Of a DNA stretch of 45,677 bases, positions 7,981-17,105 are shown in pieces (position 1 is the first letter of the stretch; each line of letters starts with the position of its first letter). The translations under genes were made by a program, and so were the position numbers. Below the pieces are notes generated by a model. That model saw only the letters and a program-made list of their open reading frames with translations, was not told the DNA's origin and ran no database searches. Origin of the DNA: Candidatus Omnitrophota bacterium (GTDB lineage: Bacteria; Omnitrophota; Gorgyraeia; Gygaellales; Profunditerraquicolaceae). The stretch is taken from contig JAMWCI010000001.1 of NCBI GenBank assembly GCA_023818655.1, positions 1 to 45,677 on the forward strand, read 5' to 3'.

Positions 7981-9399
7981 TCAGGAACGCAAGTACGCAT
8001 GGGGCAAATGGATAAGAAAAATATTGATTTTTAACAGCAGAAAGGTGAGTAGTTCGCAGGTAGACGCAAATATTCCGGCTAAACAAGGAAAGAGAAAGTG
8101 CATCGTTATCACTGTCAGACCAGATAAGGTAAGCAATGTAGCCAAAGGGACAGTAAAGATATTCGCCACTACTGTAATCGGAGAAAATATCCCGAAATAG
8201 TAGAGAATAAAACCGCAGGTGGCTAGCCACGCGCACAAAGAAACCAAAAAGATATCTGCGAAGAAATCCGCTGGTCTGTTTTTTAATAATCTGTGTTTCC
8301 TCAGGAAAGACGCAACCGCAGGGTAGAAAATAACTAAAGAGGCGACGCTGGCAAAAGAAAGCTGAAAGCTGGCATCAAATAACTGCCGAGGGTTATTTAT
8401 CAATATCCACAATGCAGCCAGACTTAAAGAATTGCGCATATCCGCATCCCTCTTTACTAAATACGCCCACAGTGAGATGGTAGCCATAATCGTTGCGCGC
8501 ACTACCGGTGTGGCTGCTCCGGTAAACAAACAATAAAAGATTAAAACCAGCGAGGTCAGAATAATCCTAAGGTTTCTTCTTATCCGCACTATCTTGAATA
8601 ACAAAATCGCAACAAAACAAACTACACCGACATTGAATCCGCTTACCACCAAGATATGTATGGTGCCTGAACGTATCATTATCTGATTAACAAAGCTGGG
8701 GATGTTTCTTTTGTCTCCCAATACCATAGCATTTAGCAGTGAAGCTGTCAGAGAAGAAACATATTGGGAGAATAATCTCGTTGCCATCTCCCTCGTCCGC
8801 AAGGCAAGACGCCGGGGCGATAACTTTGTTAACGGCAGCCGCGCGATATTCGCCTGCCCGTCAACTTTCAACGTAAACAGGATACCCCGATTAAGCAAAT
8901 AGCGTTCATAACTACCGGTGGAGGAATGCGGTAATGGATAGATTTTCTTTAAAAAGCCGCGTAAGATTAATGTCTCATGATAATGGAATGTCTCTTTGCT
9001 ATGAACGCGCACAAGGATATCTCCGCAACAATTACGGTTTTGCCTTTCATCCTGAAGTTGTTCAACCCTGAAGACAAAAGTGTGCACGCCTATCTTCTCT
9101 GAGGGCTCATCTACGATAAAGCCCTTTACAGTAATAGGGTTATAAACTGATAGATAAATAAAATTGGCGATATGGCAAGCAGGAAGCGTCTCGTTGTTGG
9201 TTAATAGTAACGCTCCCGATAAAAATGTCAGCAGCCCAAGATAAAACTTACGAATAAGACTGTTTTTTAAAAGTTTGACACCTGTTAATGCCAATATCGC
9301 GATAATGGAAAGAATCAGCAGAAATGACATTCTGCAAAAATGCGCAAACGCTATACCCGCCATAAAAATTAACGTAAGGAGCGTCAGGCCTATTCTCAT
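7981..9399 (-). CDS. comEC: ComEC/Rec2 DNA internalization channel, without a metallo-beta-lactamase domain
   Basis: 472-aa polytopic protein. An N-terminal OB-like region is followed by a competence-domain pattern (GTIHILVVSGFNVGVV .. LIFYCLFTGAATPVVRATIMA). It is ATGA-coupled to comEA. Confidence 0.75.
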   Translation of the reverse strand: MRIGLTLLTLIFMAGIAFAHFCRMSFLLILSIIAILALTGVKLLKNSLIRKFYLGLLTFLSGALLLTNNETLPACHIANFIYLSVYNPITVKGFIVDEPSEKIGVHTFVFRVEQLQDERQNRNCCGDILVRVHSKETFHYHETLILRGFLKKIYPLPHSSTGSYERYLLNRGILFTLKVDGQANIARLPLTKLSPRRLALRTREMATRLFSQYVSSLTASLLNAMVLGDKRNIPSFVNQIMIRSGTIHILVVSGFNVGVVCFVAILLFKIVRIRRNLRIILTSLVLIFYCLFTGAATPVVRATIMATISLWAYLVKRDADMRNSLSLAALWILINNPRQLFDASFQLSFASVASLVIFYPAVASFLRKHRLLKNRPADFFADIFLVSLCAWLATCGFILYYFGIFSPITVVANIFTVPLATLLTLSGLTVITMHFLFPCLAGIFASTCELLTFLLLKINIFLIHLPHAYLRS

Positions 9400-9728
9400 T
9401 TTACATAGAGGTAGTCTTTTATCCGTCCGAAACGATAGGCAGTAATGCCTTTTATATTTTTTAACTCTTCTGTGTTGCGGAAAGGTCCGTATTTATCCCG
9501 GTATTCAATTATGCGCTGGGCGAGTTTCTCGCCTATTCCAGGAATATCCAGCAACGCCTCTTTACTGGCGGTGTTTAAGTTTAACCTCCCTATATTCTGG
9601 TTAATCGCAGAAATATTTTGCTGGCTTGGGGAAATCTTCCTAAAAAGATAATTTGCGCACAGCCCCAATAGCCCCAGACAAAGCAGAAAAACCGTCAACT
9701 TCTCCTCATCAGGCGTAAGATAAGACAT
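9396..9728 (-). CDS. comEA: ComEA-type helix-hairpin-helix DNA-binding protein
   Basis: It has an N-terminal TM anchor and the motif LNLNTASKEALLDIPGIGEKLAQRIIEYRDKYGPFRNTEELKNIKGI. Confidence 0.85.
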   Translation of the reverse strand: MSYLTPDEEKLTVFLLCLGLLGLCANYLFRKISPSQQNISAINQNIGRLNLNTASKEALLDIPGIGEKLAQRIIEYRDKYGPFRNTEELKNIKGITAYRFGRIKDYLYVK

Positions 9729-9785
9729 ACCCTTATCCTCTTTTACCTTAATTGACGCAGTGGCGAACTAAATCTAACTTGTCTT

Positions 9786-12182
9786 TTAGATTACAATATT
9801 GACCAGCTTCTGAGGCACAAAAATAAATTTTTTTGGGGGGGTTTCAGCAAGCAATGCGGCTATTTTTTGGTCGGCGAGAATTAACTCTTTTAATCTGTCT
9901 TCGCCTGTGTCGCGGGGGGTTTCTATTTTTGCGCGGACTTTTCCGTTGACCTGCACCACTATCGTTACCGTTTCGTCAACCAAGAATCTCGCATCATATA
10001 CTGGCCAGCTCTCTCTGGATATACTTTCCTGATGGCCAAGCCCCTGCCAGAGTTCTTCGCAAAGATGTGGAGCAATAGGCGCCAGCATCAAGACGAGTCG
10101 CTCAAAAACCTCTTTGTCAGCGCCAAATTGATAGATAGCGTTGGTGAGCTCCATTAAACTGGCTATAGCGGTATTGAATTTAAATTCCTGAAAATCCTCG
10201 GTAACTTTTTTAATCGTCCGATGCAATATCTTTAACACAGCCAAATCCGCCTTCTCCCGCAGATTCTTCCTGATACGCCAGACACGGTTTAAGAACTTAA
10301 ACGCGCCTTCTATCCCGCGGTCATCCCACTCCAGTTCTGTTTCCGGGGGAGCGGCAAAAAGGATAAAAAGCCGCAAGGTATCCGCGCCGTATTTAGTAAT
10401 AATGGAATCTGGGTCAACTATGTTGCCCTTGGATTTAGACATTACCTGACCGTCCTTTAAAACCATACCTTGGGTTAATAGTCTCCTGAACGGCTCATCT
10501 ATATTTATCAAGCCCAAATCCTTAAAAAATTTGGTAAAGAAACGCGCATAGAGAAGATGCAAAATTGCATGTTCAATCCCGCCGATATACTGGTCAACCG
10601 GCATCCAGTATCTAGCTTCCTCTATATCAAAGGGAAGTTGAGTAAAATGCGGCGAACAGAAACGTAGGAAATACCAGGAAGAATCAAAAAAAGTGGCCAT
10701 AGTGTCTGTTTCGCGCAATGCCTGACCTTTGCATCTGGGACACCTTGTATTTACGAATTCCTCCACTTTGCTTAATGGGCTGCCGCCCTCTCCGGTAAAA
10801 GGCGCATCTTTAGGCAGCTCTACCGGTAAATCTTCATAAGGCACAGGCGCTGTCCCGCATTTCCCGCAGTATATAATCGGTATGGGCGTGCCCCAATAGC
10901 GCTGGCGGGAAATTAACCAGTCGCGCAGCCGCCAGTGAACTTTTATTCTGCCAATCCCCGAATTTTGCATCCAAGCAGCAATCTTCTGTTTTGCCTCTTG
11001 ATTCGGCAGTCCGTTGAATTGACCGGAGTTTACCTGAACACCGTCACCCTCATACGCGGCCGTCATCGTCTCCGGCATAAGACGCATGCCTTCTTTTGGC
11101 TGAATCACAAGGCGCATACTAAGCCTATGCTCTTTGGCAAAGAGAAAATCGCGCTGGTCATGAGTAGGGACAGCCATAATGGCGCCCGTACCATATTCCA
11201 TCAACACATAATCCGCAATCCAAATAGGAATAACTTCGTTGTTCACCGGGTTGATAGCATAGGCGCCGGTAAATACGCCTTCTTTCTTTACGCCTTCAGC
11301 CGCGCGGATAGCCTTACTTTCTTTGGCAACCTTATCTATAAACTTCAAGACTTCTCTTTCCTGCGGTTTGCCTCTAATAATCTCTAAAACAGAGGGATGT
11401 TCCGGGGCAAGAACCAGGTAGGTTGCGCCAAAAATAGTATCAACCCTTGTGGTAAATACGGAAATAACCTTATCGCTCTCTTGCAAACGAAAATAAATCT
11501 CCACACCTTCGCTTTTGCCAATCCAGTTGGTTTGCATAGCAATAACCCGCCTAGGCCAGTGCTCAAGCAGCTTTAAGTCCTCAAGGAGCCGCTCTTTGTA
11601 TTCAGTAATCTTCAGATACCACTGCTCAAGCTCTTTTTGCTCAACCTTGGTATGACATCTCCAGCAACCGCCATCAATCACTTCTTCGTTGGCAAGTGTA
11701 GTGGCGCAGGCCGGACACCAGTTTACGTTTGACGCTTTTTTGTATGCCAACCCGCGTTCAAACATCTTCAAAAATATCCACTGGTTCCAACGATAATACT
11801 CTTTGTCGCAAGTAACAACCTCCCTATCCCAGTCATAGGAAAACCCCATCCGTTTCAACTCCTGTCGCATCCATTCAATACACTTGCGGGTCCAGATATC
11901 CGGTTTGGTGTTATTCTTTATCGCTGCATTCTCCGCCGGCTGCCCAAAGGCGTCAAAGCCCATCGGATGCAAGACTTGGTAACCCTGCATTATCTTGAAA
12001 CGGGCGACGACATCTCCAATAGTATAGTTGCGCACATGCCCCATATGGATTTTACCTGAAGGATACGGAAACATCTCTAAAAGATAATACTTCATACGAC
12101 CTGGCATCTTTTGCACTTTAAAACATCCTTGTTCCTGCCAGACCTTTTGCCATTTTTTTTCTATTTCCGCGAACTGATACAT
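9786..12182 (-). CDS. leuS: Leucine--tRNA ligase
   Basis: 798 aa. It has the class I HIGH motif ([15 protein letters not shown]), the KMSKS motif (VMSKSKGN), and Zn-binding cysteine pairs of the LeuS type. Confidence 0.95.
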   Translation of the reverse strand: MYQFAEIEKKWQKVWQEQGCFKVQKMPGRMKYYLLEMFPYPSGKIHMGHVRNYTIGDVVARFKIMQGYQVLHPMGFDAFGQPAENAAIKNNTKPDIWTRKCIEWMRQELKRMGFSYDWDREVVTCDKEYYRWNQWIFLKMFERGLAYKKASNVNWCPACATTLANEEVIDGGCWRCHTKVEQKELEQWYLKITEYKERLLEDLKLLEHWPRRVIAMQTNWIGKSEGVEIYFRLQESDKVISVFTTRVDTIFGATYLVLAPEHPSVLEIIRGKPQEREVLKFIDKVAKESKAIRAAEGVKKEGVFTGAYAINPVNNEVIPIWIADYVLMEYGTGAIMAVPTHDQRDFLFAKEHRLSMRLVIQPKEGMRLMPETMTAAYEGDGVQVNSGQFNGLPNQEAKQKIAAWMQNSGIGRIKVHWRLRDWLISRQRYWGTPIPIIYCGKCGTAPVPYEDLPVELPKDAPFTGEGGSPLSKVEEFVNTRCPRCKGQALRETDTMATFFDSSWYFLRFCSPHFTQLPFDIEEARYWMPVDQYIGGIEHAILHLLYARFFTKFFKDLGLINIDEPFRRLLTQGMVLKDGQVMSKSKGNIVDPDSIITKYGADTLRLFILFAAPPETELEWDDRGIEGAFKFLNRVWRIRKNLREKADLAVLKILHRTIKKVTEDFQEFKFNTAIASLMELTNAIYQFGADKEVFERLVLMLAPIAPHLCEELWQGLGHQESISRESWPVYDARFLVDETVTIVVQVNGKVRAKIETPRDTGEDRLKELILADQKIAALLAETPPKKFIFVPQKLVNIVI

Positions 12183-12204
12183 GGTCTCTCTTAAAATATC
12201 GCTA

Positions 12205-12594
12205 CTAAGAATCCTTGCGACAGGGAATCAAAGATATCATAGTCCTTATGCCCTGCAAGATGTTTTCAATACTGCATGGTTTAGAAAGATAGTGGTCTGC
12301 CTCCATATCGTAACATTTCTTCATAGTCTCCAGCTCTGCCTGGGCACTGATGATAATCACCGGGCGCCACCTGTCTTTGTAACGAGCGCGAATCTCTTTC
12401 AATACCTCAAAGCCGTTTAACTTAGGCATAATTAAATCTAAAAGGATAACATCCGGATTTTCCTCAGCGACCTTGCGCAACGCCTCCTCTCCGTCAAAGG
12501 CAACCACAACCTCATACCCTGCGCGGGCAAGCATATGGGACAAGGTAATAGTAACATCTTTATCGTCATCAACCACTAATAACTTATGTGCCAT
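12205..12594 (-). CDS. Stand-alone response regulator receiver domain (CheY-like)
   Basis: 129 aa with [10 protein letters not shown]..., phospho-acceptor context [13 protein letters not shown], and ...ISAQ. There is no output domain. Confidence 0.85.
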   Translation of the reverse strand: MAHKLLVVDDDKDVTITLSHMLARAGYEVVVAFDGEEALRKVAEENPDVILLDLIMPKLNGFEVLKEIRARYKDRWRPVIIISAQAELETMKKCYDMEADHYLSKPCSIENILQGIRTMISLIPCRKDS

Positions 12595-12598
12595 AGCT

Positions 12599-13441
12599 TT
12601 ATCCTCTCAAGTTACGCACTACTTCCAAATTAATCCTATCCGCGTCTTCGCTGTCCTTGGGTGTCTCTAATATGAATGGCAGACTGCGTAAGCACGGATG
12701 ATTTACGATACGTCTCATCCCTTCCAAACCAATACTGCCCTTTCCTATATGCTCATGCCGGTCACGCCTTGAGCCGAGAGTGCCTTTAGCGTCATTAAGA
12801 TGGATAAGCTTTAATAGCTTTATTCCCACTAATCTGTCTATCTCCTCTATTAAGCCATCCAACCCTTCTTCGTTGGAAATATCGTAACCAGCCAGATACG
12901 CATGCGCAGTATCCAGACAAAGGCCGATGCGCTCTTTGTATTCTATCCCTGCTAGGATCGCCTTCTGATGACTAAATTTATACCCCAGCCAAGAGCCAGA
13001 GCCAGAGGTATTCTCCAATAATATCCCCACCTTTGTAGCCATAGTCTTTTTAATAATCCGGTTTAAGGCCGCAATCAACCTGTCTATGCCTGCTTTCTCG
13101 CTTGTCTCTTTATGGCTACCCATATGTGTAACGATATAATCCGCCTTTAAAACTGCTGCCTCTAGAATATCTTCAACATAGGCATCAATAGATGCTTCGT
13201 AAAGCTTGGGGTCAGGTGAAGCCAAATTAATCAGATACGATATATGCACAAAAAGCGGGTGTATATCTGCTTTGCCCTGTTCTCTTGCAAACTCCTCTAC
13301 ATCGGGCATGCTCAGAAAATCCTGGCGCCAGCGCTGAGGACTGCGAGCAAATATCTGCATGGTGTTACATTTTAAGCGCCTAGCCACTTCAAAAGCCTCA
13401 TATAACTTATCTACTCCAGAAATATGCACACCCAGAATCAT
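12599..13441 (-). CDS. nfo: Endonuclease IV (deoxyribonuclease IV)
   Basis: 280-aa TIM-barrel AP endonuclease 2 pattern (GVHIS .. MQIFARSPQRW .. VTHMGSH .. LENTSGSG .. CLDTAHAY .. IHLNDAK...GSRRDRHEHIGKG). Confidence 0.85.
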   Translation of the reverse strand: MILGVHISGVDKLYEAFEVARRLKCNTMQIFARSPQRWRQDFLSMPDVEEFAREQGKADIHPLFVHISYLINLASPDPKLYEASIDAYVEDILEAAVLKADYIVTHMGSHKETSEKAGIDRLIAALNRIIKKTMATKVGILLENTSGSGSWLGYKFSHQKAILAGIEYKERIGLCLDTAHAYLAGYDISNEEGLDGLIEEIDRLVGIKLLKLIHLNDAKGTLGSRRDRHEHIGKGSIGLEGMRRIVNHPCLRSLPFILETPKDSEDADRINLEVVRNLRG

Positions 13442-13641
13442 AATAAATTATATCTTTCGGCCATATATTGTCCCTAAAGAAAAATAGCATGACATAAAGA
13501 AAAGAACGACTTATAGCCGTCCTCTCTAAAGACATTGCGTTCGTTATCGTCATTGGTGATGTGCATTGGAAATGGGGCGTTGTCAAGATAGGGACGGCAG
13601 GTACCTTCCGTCCTGTTCTTGAAGCAGCACCCTATCATTCT

Positions 13642-13717
13642 TGGTGGAGCCGGGGGGAGTCGAACCCCCGACCTTTTGACTGCCAGTCAAACGCGCTCCC
13701 AGCTGCGCTACGGCCCC
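13642..13717 (-). tRNA. tRNA-Ala (anticodon GGC), CCA encoded
   Basis: The reverse complement is GGGGCCGTAGCGCAGCTGGGAGCGCGTTTGACTGGCAGTCAAAAGGTCGGGGGTTCGACTCCCCCCGGCTCCACCA. It folds by hand into a cloverleaf with anticodon loop CTGGCAG, T-loop TTCGACT, and the G3:U70 alanine identity pair. Confidence 0.9.
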
Positions 13718-13747
13718 ATTATAGATACACAAAAATAAAAACTAATC

Positions 13748-13788
13748 TTGACCTTTGCTATTTTAGAATATAAAATAGGTGGCGTCAA
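13748..13788. promoter_or_regulatory. Mirror-symmetric bidirectional promoter region for the divergent tRNA genes
   Basis: The plus strand reads TTGAC-7nt-ATTTTA-5nt-TAAAAT-7nt-GTCAA. This gives TTGACC-17-TAAAAT rightward toward tRNA-Leu and TTGACG-17-TAAAAT leftward toward tRNA-Ala, fully interdigitated. Confidence 0.5.
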
Positions 13789-13798
13789 TGTAAAAATT

Positions 13799-13884
13799 GC
13801 CGAGGTGGTGGAATGGCATACACGCCAGTCTCAAAAACTGGTGAGGTCACACTCGTGAGGGTTCAACTCCCTCCCTCGGCACCA
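13799..13884 (+). tRNA. tRNA-Leu (anticodon CAA), long variable arm, CCA encoded
   Basis: The sequence is GCCGAGGTGGTGGAATGGCATACACGCCAGTCTCAAAAACTGGTGAGGTCACACTCGTGAGGGTTCAACTCCCTCCCTCGGCACCA. The acceptor stem is GCCGAGG/CCTCGGC, the anticodon stem-loop is CCAGT-CTCAAAA-ACTGG, there is a long extra arm, and the T-loop is TTCAACT. Confidence 0.9.
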
Positions 13885-13906
13885 TTTAGTAGTATTTCCC
13901 CGAATG

Positions 13907-13928
13907 CTCTTGCCCTATAGGGCAAGAG
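13907..13928 (+). terminator. Hairpin downstream of tRNA-Leu, a possible weak intrinsic terminator
   Basis: CTCTTGCCC-TATA-GGGCAAGAG forms a 9-bp perfect stem and is followed by AAAATTTT. The U-tract is short. Confidence 0.35.
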
Positions 13929-14147
13929 AAAATTTTGGGGCAAATTTATTAAAGCCGACGTTTCCTCCTCAATTAAAACAACGGCTCATACCTCTCTTAT
14001 GACAGACAACGCTTAAAAGCACATCCAAGCCTGAAAATTTGCTCGGCGTCCGCGGGTGAATAGTCAACCTTCACAAGATAGGTTATCTACTGGATAAATC
14101 GTTATTTTCTGTCTTCAGCAAATAAGACGGTTATTAAGCTGAAGTAA

Positions 14148-14582
14148 CTACCAAATTACGATTCCCTTTTCGTTCATTTCCTTGATTTCTATTTCCGAGG
14201 GACGTTTATTAATTTTGGCGGCGCCTGGGGCAGATTCATCATTTAAGGCGCTGTCATCGAGGCGTCCTGAAACAGGAGACTGCTGCGGAGCCAAAGAAGA
14301 AGATTTTATCTGTGTACGCCTTTCTTCTAAATCCAATTCTGTTTTTTCCTTTTGAGGGCGTTTAACAACAGTAATCGCGGGCTTAGGCGTAACTTTGGAT
14401 GGAAACGACTGCTCAAGAGAGATATCCGAGATTCCGGTAATAGTTTCTTGTTCTGTTATTTCTTTTTTCTCCGGATTGAATTTTTCTTCAATTTGATGAT
14501 TCAGCCAAATATTAATCAAAAAGATAATGGATATTAAAAAAATAAAAACACCAAGGATTATATATGACCGTCTTAGTCTCAT
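14148..14582 (-). CDS. Hypothetical membrane-anchored protein with a low-complexity periplasmic tail, last gene of the pseudopilin module
   Basis: 144 aa. An N-terminal TM helix (YIILGVFIFLISIIFLINIWL) is followed by a P/S/E/K-rich region. There is a strong SD (GGAGGAGG) upstream. I recognise no family. Confidence 0.5.
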   Translation of the reverse strand: MRLRRSYIILGVFIFLISIIFLINIWLNHQIEEKFNPEKKEITEQETITGISDISLEQSFPSKVTPKPAITVVKRPQKEKTELDLEERRTQIKSSSLAPQQSPVSGRLDDSALNDESAPGAAKINKRPSEIEIKEMNEKGIVIW

Positions 14583-14585
14583 ATC

Positions 14586-15914
14586 CTAATCCTCCTCCCA
14601 AGACAAAGTAACATAATCTTCTGTGGTAGGCATAAAAAGTGGCGGCGAACCTAAAAATCTGCTGTCGTACGAGTAATTCTTAGAGTAACCGCTTACCTTT
14701 TGTCCAGTCTTTCCATTAAAGGTCCCTACCGGGCCTCTTTCATCCTGAATAATCCCGCCGTAGACAGTCAGTGTCCCTTTGGGCGGACCTACCCAGTAGT
14801 TCTCCAACATAAAAGAAGTGTCCATCGCCATAATACAACCGTCTATCTCCAGGTTATACGGCGCATGGTCATCTATAACCACATCGCCTTCTGAAATGAT
14901 ACCCAACATGTCATCCGAATGCGGATTTATCCGGGGATCATCCGCATAAAGTAAATTGTTGGTTATAATCGTGTCCCGTTCAGAGCCGACGGTTAACTGA
15001 CCGTTAAGCGTTCCGAAAATAGTTAGACTGCCGCCATTACGACATCTTGAACCATCGCAAGCAACAAAAAGCGCTCCGTTGGCGGGCAAAGGCATATTCC
15101 GATTAACCCATCCCTTCTTGGCATTGGTAACGTTCATTGTTCCGTCATTGTTTAATACTACAGTGGAATTCCCCTGTAGATAAAGTCCGCCGTTAGAAGC
15201 AGCAGAACGTAAATTTAACGCTTGGCTTGGCATAGTAATCGGCTCTGCCCCGAAATCCACGCCCTGTTGAAAATCAGGCAGGTCATAAGGAGGATTGGCG
15301 GTCTGCTGTAAGTTAATATTATTTCCGTTATTATAGAACCTTATGTAATCGTCTACCGAGCGCGCCTCGCTTTCAAAAACAGGGTTTCCCGCGATATTAA
15401 AATGCCCATTGGTATACGTCGGTCCGTTTATACGGTCCTGAGTCCAAAACCAGACATTTGTACCGCCGAATACCTCCTTATCCGTAAACCAGAGGTAGCG
15501 CGCGTAATTATCTACCTGCACGTAATTAGTCATAATACGGTTAATACCACCATAGGAACCAGTAGAGGTAATCTTGTATCTGCGTGTACTACCTGACCCG
15601 CCGACTAAACCAAGGTCTGTAATCACAACGCTATAAGTGCCTCCGCCTAAGTTTTGCACTCCGCCCCACGGATTTGTGTAATTTCCTACCGGAGGACTCG
15701 GCTGAACCCTAAGCCACGTAATAGTGTGGTCAAGACCGGATTCCGCAATATTAAAAGCCTGGGTCTGCCTCTTGAATATATCAGCCGCAAGATTTTGATT
15801 CATACTCACGGTAACAAACGCCCCGCTCCAAACAAGTAAAACAGTTATCGCTAATGATGCAATAATAAGCGCCGCTCCTTTTTGCCCGCCGAATCTTAGT
15901 CCGGTACGTTTCAT
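14586..15914 (-). CDS. PilX-like large minor pilin / pilus-tip-associated protein
   Basis: 442 aa. The N-terminus (GQKGAALIIASLAITVLLVWSGAFVTV .. AFNIAESGLDHTITWL) resembles the PilX N-terminal pattern. The rest is Gly/Asn/Thr-rich and predicted extracellular. Confidence 0.5.
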   Translation of the reverse strand: MKRTGLRFGGQKGAALIIASLAITVLLVWSGAFVTVSMNQNLAADIFKRQTQAFNIAESGLDHTITWLRVQPSPPVGNYTNPWGGVQNLGGGTYSVVITDLGLVGGSGSTRRYKITSTGSYGGINRIMTNYVQVDNYARYLWFTDKEVFGGTNVWFWTQDRINGPTYTNGHFNIAGNPVFESEARSVDDYIRFYNNGNNINLQQTANPPYDLPDFQQGVDFGAEPITMPSQALNLRSAASNGGLYLQGNSTVVLNNDGTMNVTNAKKGWVNRNMPLPANGALFVACDGSRCRNGGSLTIFGTLNGQLTVGSERDTIITNNLLYADDPRINPHSDDMLGIISEGDVVIDDHAPYNLEIDGCIMAMDTSFMLENYWVGPPKGTLTVYGGIIQDERGPVGTFNGKTGQKVSGYSKNYSYDSRFLGSPPLFMPTTEDYVTLSWEED

Positions 15915-15917
15915 TCT

Positions 15918-16436
15918 TTAGTTCCTCATTTTTACCCTAATCTGTCCGGTATCTTGCATTATCCTGTTTAAAACAGATGTCTTCTGGACGGTAATGTCAA
16001 TCTGCAAAATATTAACGGGAGATACCGGTCTTGTAAATTGCAACTCAGTGATATTGTTTGCAATAATATTACTGACGCCCGATGAATTCCTTATTATCTG
16101 GTTTGCCTCATTGAGCGCGTACGTAATAGTGTCCGACCATTCAACATTCCCATTAGCGTCTAAAATCGTTCCGTCACCGTTATTATCCTGCGGTATCCTA
16201 AAAGTAAGAGAGGTGCTTGATGAGCCACTTCCCAGATTCGTTTGTGAAGACCTGGTTTCCTTTAGTTCTCTTTCCATCGTCATAAATGCCCTGATTATCT
16301 CCTGACGTAATTGCACAGACGTATCGCCAGTAAACCAAGAACCTCTACCAGCTTCCATTACCTGGAATGCTGACATTATTAACAACGTAAGAATAAGCGC
16401 TGCGAAAATTATCTCTACAATCGTAAAGCCCTTCAT
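15918..16436 (-). CDS. Prepilin-type N-terminal cleavage/methylation domain protein (pseudopilin / minor pilin)
   Basis: It begins MKG|FTIVEIIFAALILTLLIMSAF, the class III signal (G-F-T-x-x-E plus a hydrophobic helix). The ORF-track start at 16463 is a TTG. The ATG at 16436 has an AAGGG SD-like element and gives a short leader. There is an EF-hand-like loop, DNNGDGTILDAN. Confidence 0.75.
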   Translation of the reverse strand: MKGFTIVEIIFAALILTLLIMSAFQVMEAGRGSWFTGDTSVQLRQEIIRAFMTMERELKETRSSQTNLGSGSSSTSLTFRIPQDNNGDGTILDANGNVEWSDTITYALNEANQIIRNSSGVSNIIANNITELQFTRPVSPVNILQIDITVQKTSVLNRIMQDTGQIRVKMRN

Positions 16437-16449
16437 ATCTGCCCTTTCT

Positions 16450-16956
16450 TTATCTGTTCGCAATTAACGTGGTCAATTGCACCGTAGAGTCAATTATTCC
16501 ATTACCGTTACTATCTTCTCCAGCGTCAAGCCAGCCATTCAAATTCAAATCTTCTCCGACAACTCTGTTTCCCTGGAGCCAACAGACGCTTATGACAACC
16601 TTCAGAAGCTCTGGATTATCATCGTCAACATAAACCACTCCCCGACTTTGAGGTATATCATTAACTGTAAAAACAAGGCCATTGTAATCATCTATTATCC
16701 TTGTAAACGAGCTGCTTCGTATCTCTTCGGCTAAACCCAATGCTGCGTTTGTGGCAATGTTGACATTTTTCGATGTGGTAACCAAAGTAGCGCATAAAAC
16801 ATAAGATGAAAGGATACCGCATATAGCAAAAAGCAGGATTCCCATTGTTAGAATCACCTCTAACAACGTAAACCCCCTTGTGAGTTCTCTTCTTAATACC
16901 ATATCTATAATATTGTTACGGGTTTGCTTATCTTGCCACACTTTAAAAGTATTCAT
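16450..16956 (-). CDS. Prepilin-type N-terminal cleavage/methylation domain protein (pseudopilin / minor pilin) with C-terminal tandem EF-hand-like loops
   Basis: It has the signal ...LTRG|FTLLEVILTMGILLFAICGIL. The C-terminus carries DLNLNGWLDAGE, a canonical 12-residue EF-hand loop of the form D-x-N-x-N-G-x-L-D-x-x-E, followed immediately by DSNGNGIIDSTV. An alternative start at M19 (16902) would give a typical 10-aa leader. Confidence 0.75.
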   Translation of the reverse strand: MNTFKVWQDKQTRNNIIDMVLRRELTRGFTLLEVILTMGILLFAICGILSSYVLCATLVTTSKNVNIATNAALGLAEEIRSSSFTRIIDDYNGLVFTVNDIPQSRGVVYVDDDNPELLKVVISVCWLQGNRVVGEDLNLNGWLDAGEDSNGNGIIDSTVQLTTLIANR

Positions 16957-16988
16957 CAGGCATAACAGAATAATTTTATAATAATCTC

Positions 16989-17017
16989 AGTGTATATGCA
17001 GTATCTCTCCAAGTCAA
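16989..17017 (-). promoter_or_regulatory. Candidate sigma-70-type promoter of the pseudopilin module
   Basis: On the minus strand: TTGACT (17017-17012), 17 nt, TACACT (16994-16989). The ATG at 16956 lies 32 nt downstream. Confidence 0.3.
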
Positions 17018-17105
17018 TATTTTTTTCTTAACGTAGCGGGCACATCCTACAAATCGTTTTAATGACAGGTGCTGCCAAGGTAAGCTTAACTCCAAAGAAA
17101 TTTGT

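Noticed and set aside
9828-9841. C7-A7 homopolymer run (plus strand T7G7) near the 3' end of leuS as a phase-variation tract
   Set aside because: It encodes in-frame PPKKF in an essential gene, and there is no alternative frame of interest. It is more relevant as a potential sequencing-error hotspot than as a regulatory switch.
13561-13773. 70-aa plus-strand ORF
   Set aside because: It reads straight through the reverse complement of tRNA-Ala (13642-17) and the tRNA promoter region. It has no SD and no motif.
13885-14147. 263-bp non-coding stretch between tRNA-Leu and the end of the pseudopilin module as a possible sRNA or CRISPR leader
   Set aside because: I could not see any repeats, promoter or conserved structure beyond the short hairpin at 13907-13928 and an imperfect hairpin at about 14123-14147. 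It is most simply a convergent-terminator spacer.
17061-17078. Possible sigma-54 promoter (TTGGCAGCACCTGTCATT on the minus strand) upstream of the pseudopilin genes
   Set aside because: The GG of the -24 element is present, but the -12 element reads TGTCA instead of TTGCA, and the GC is out of register. The match is too weak to call.
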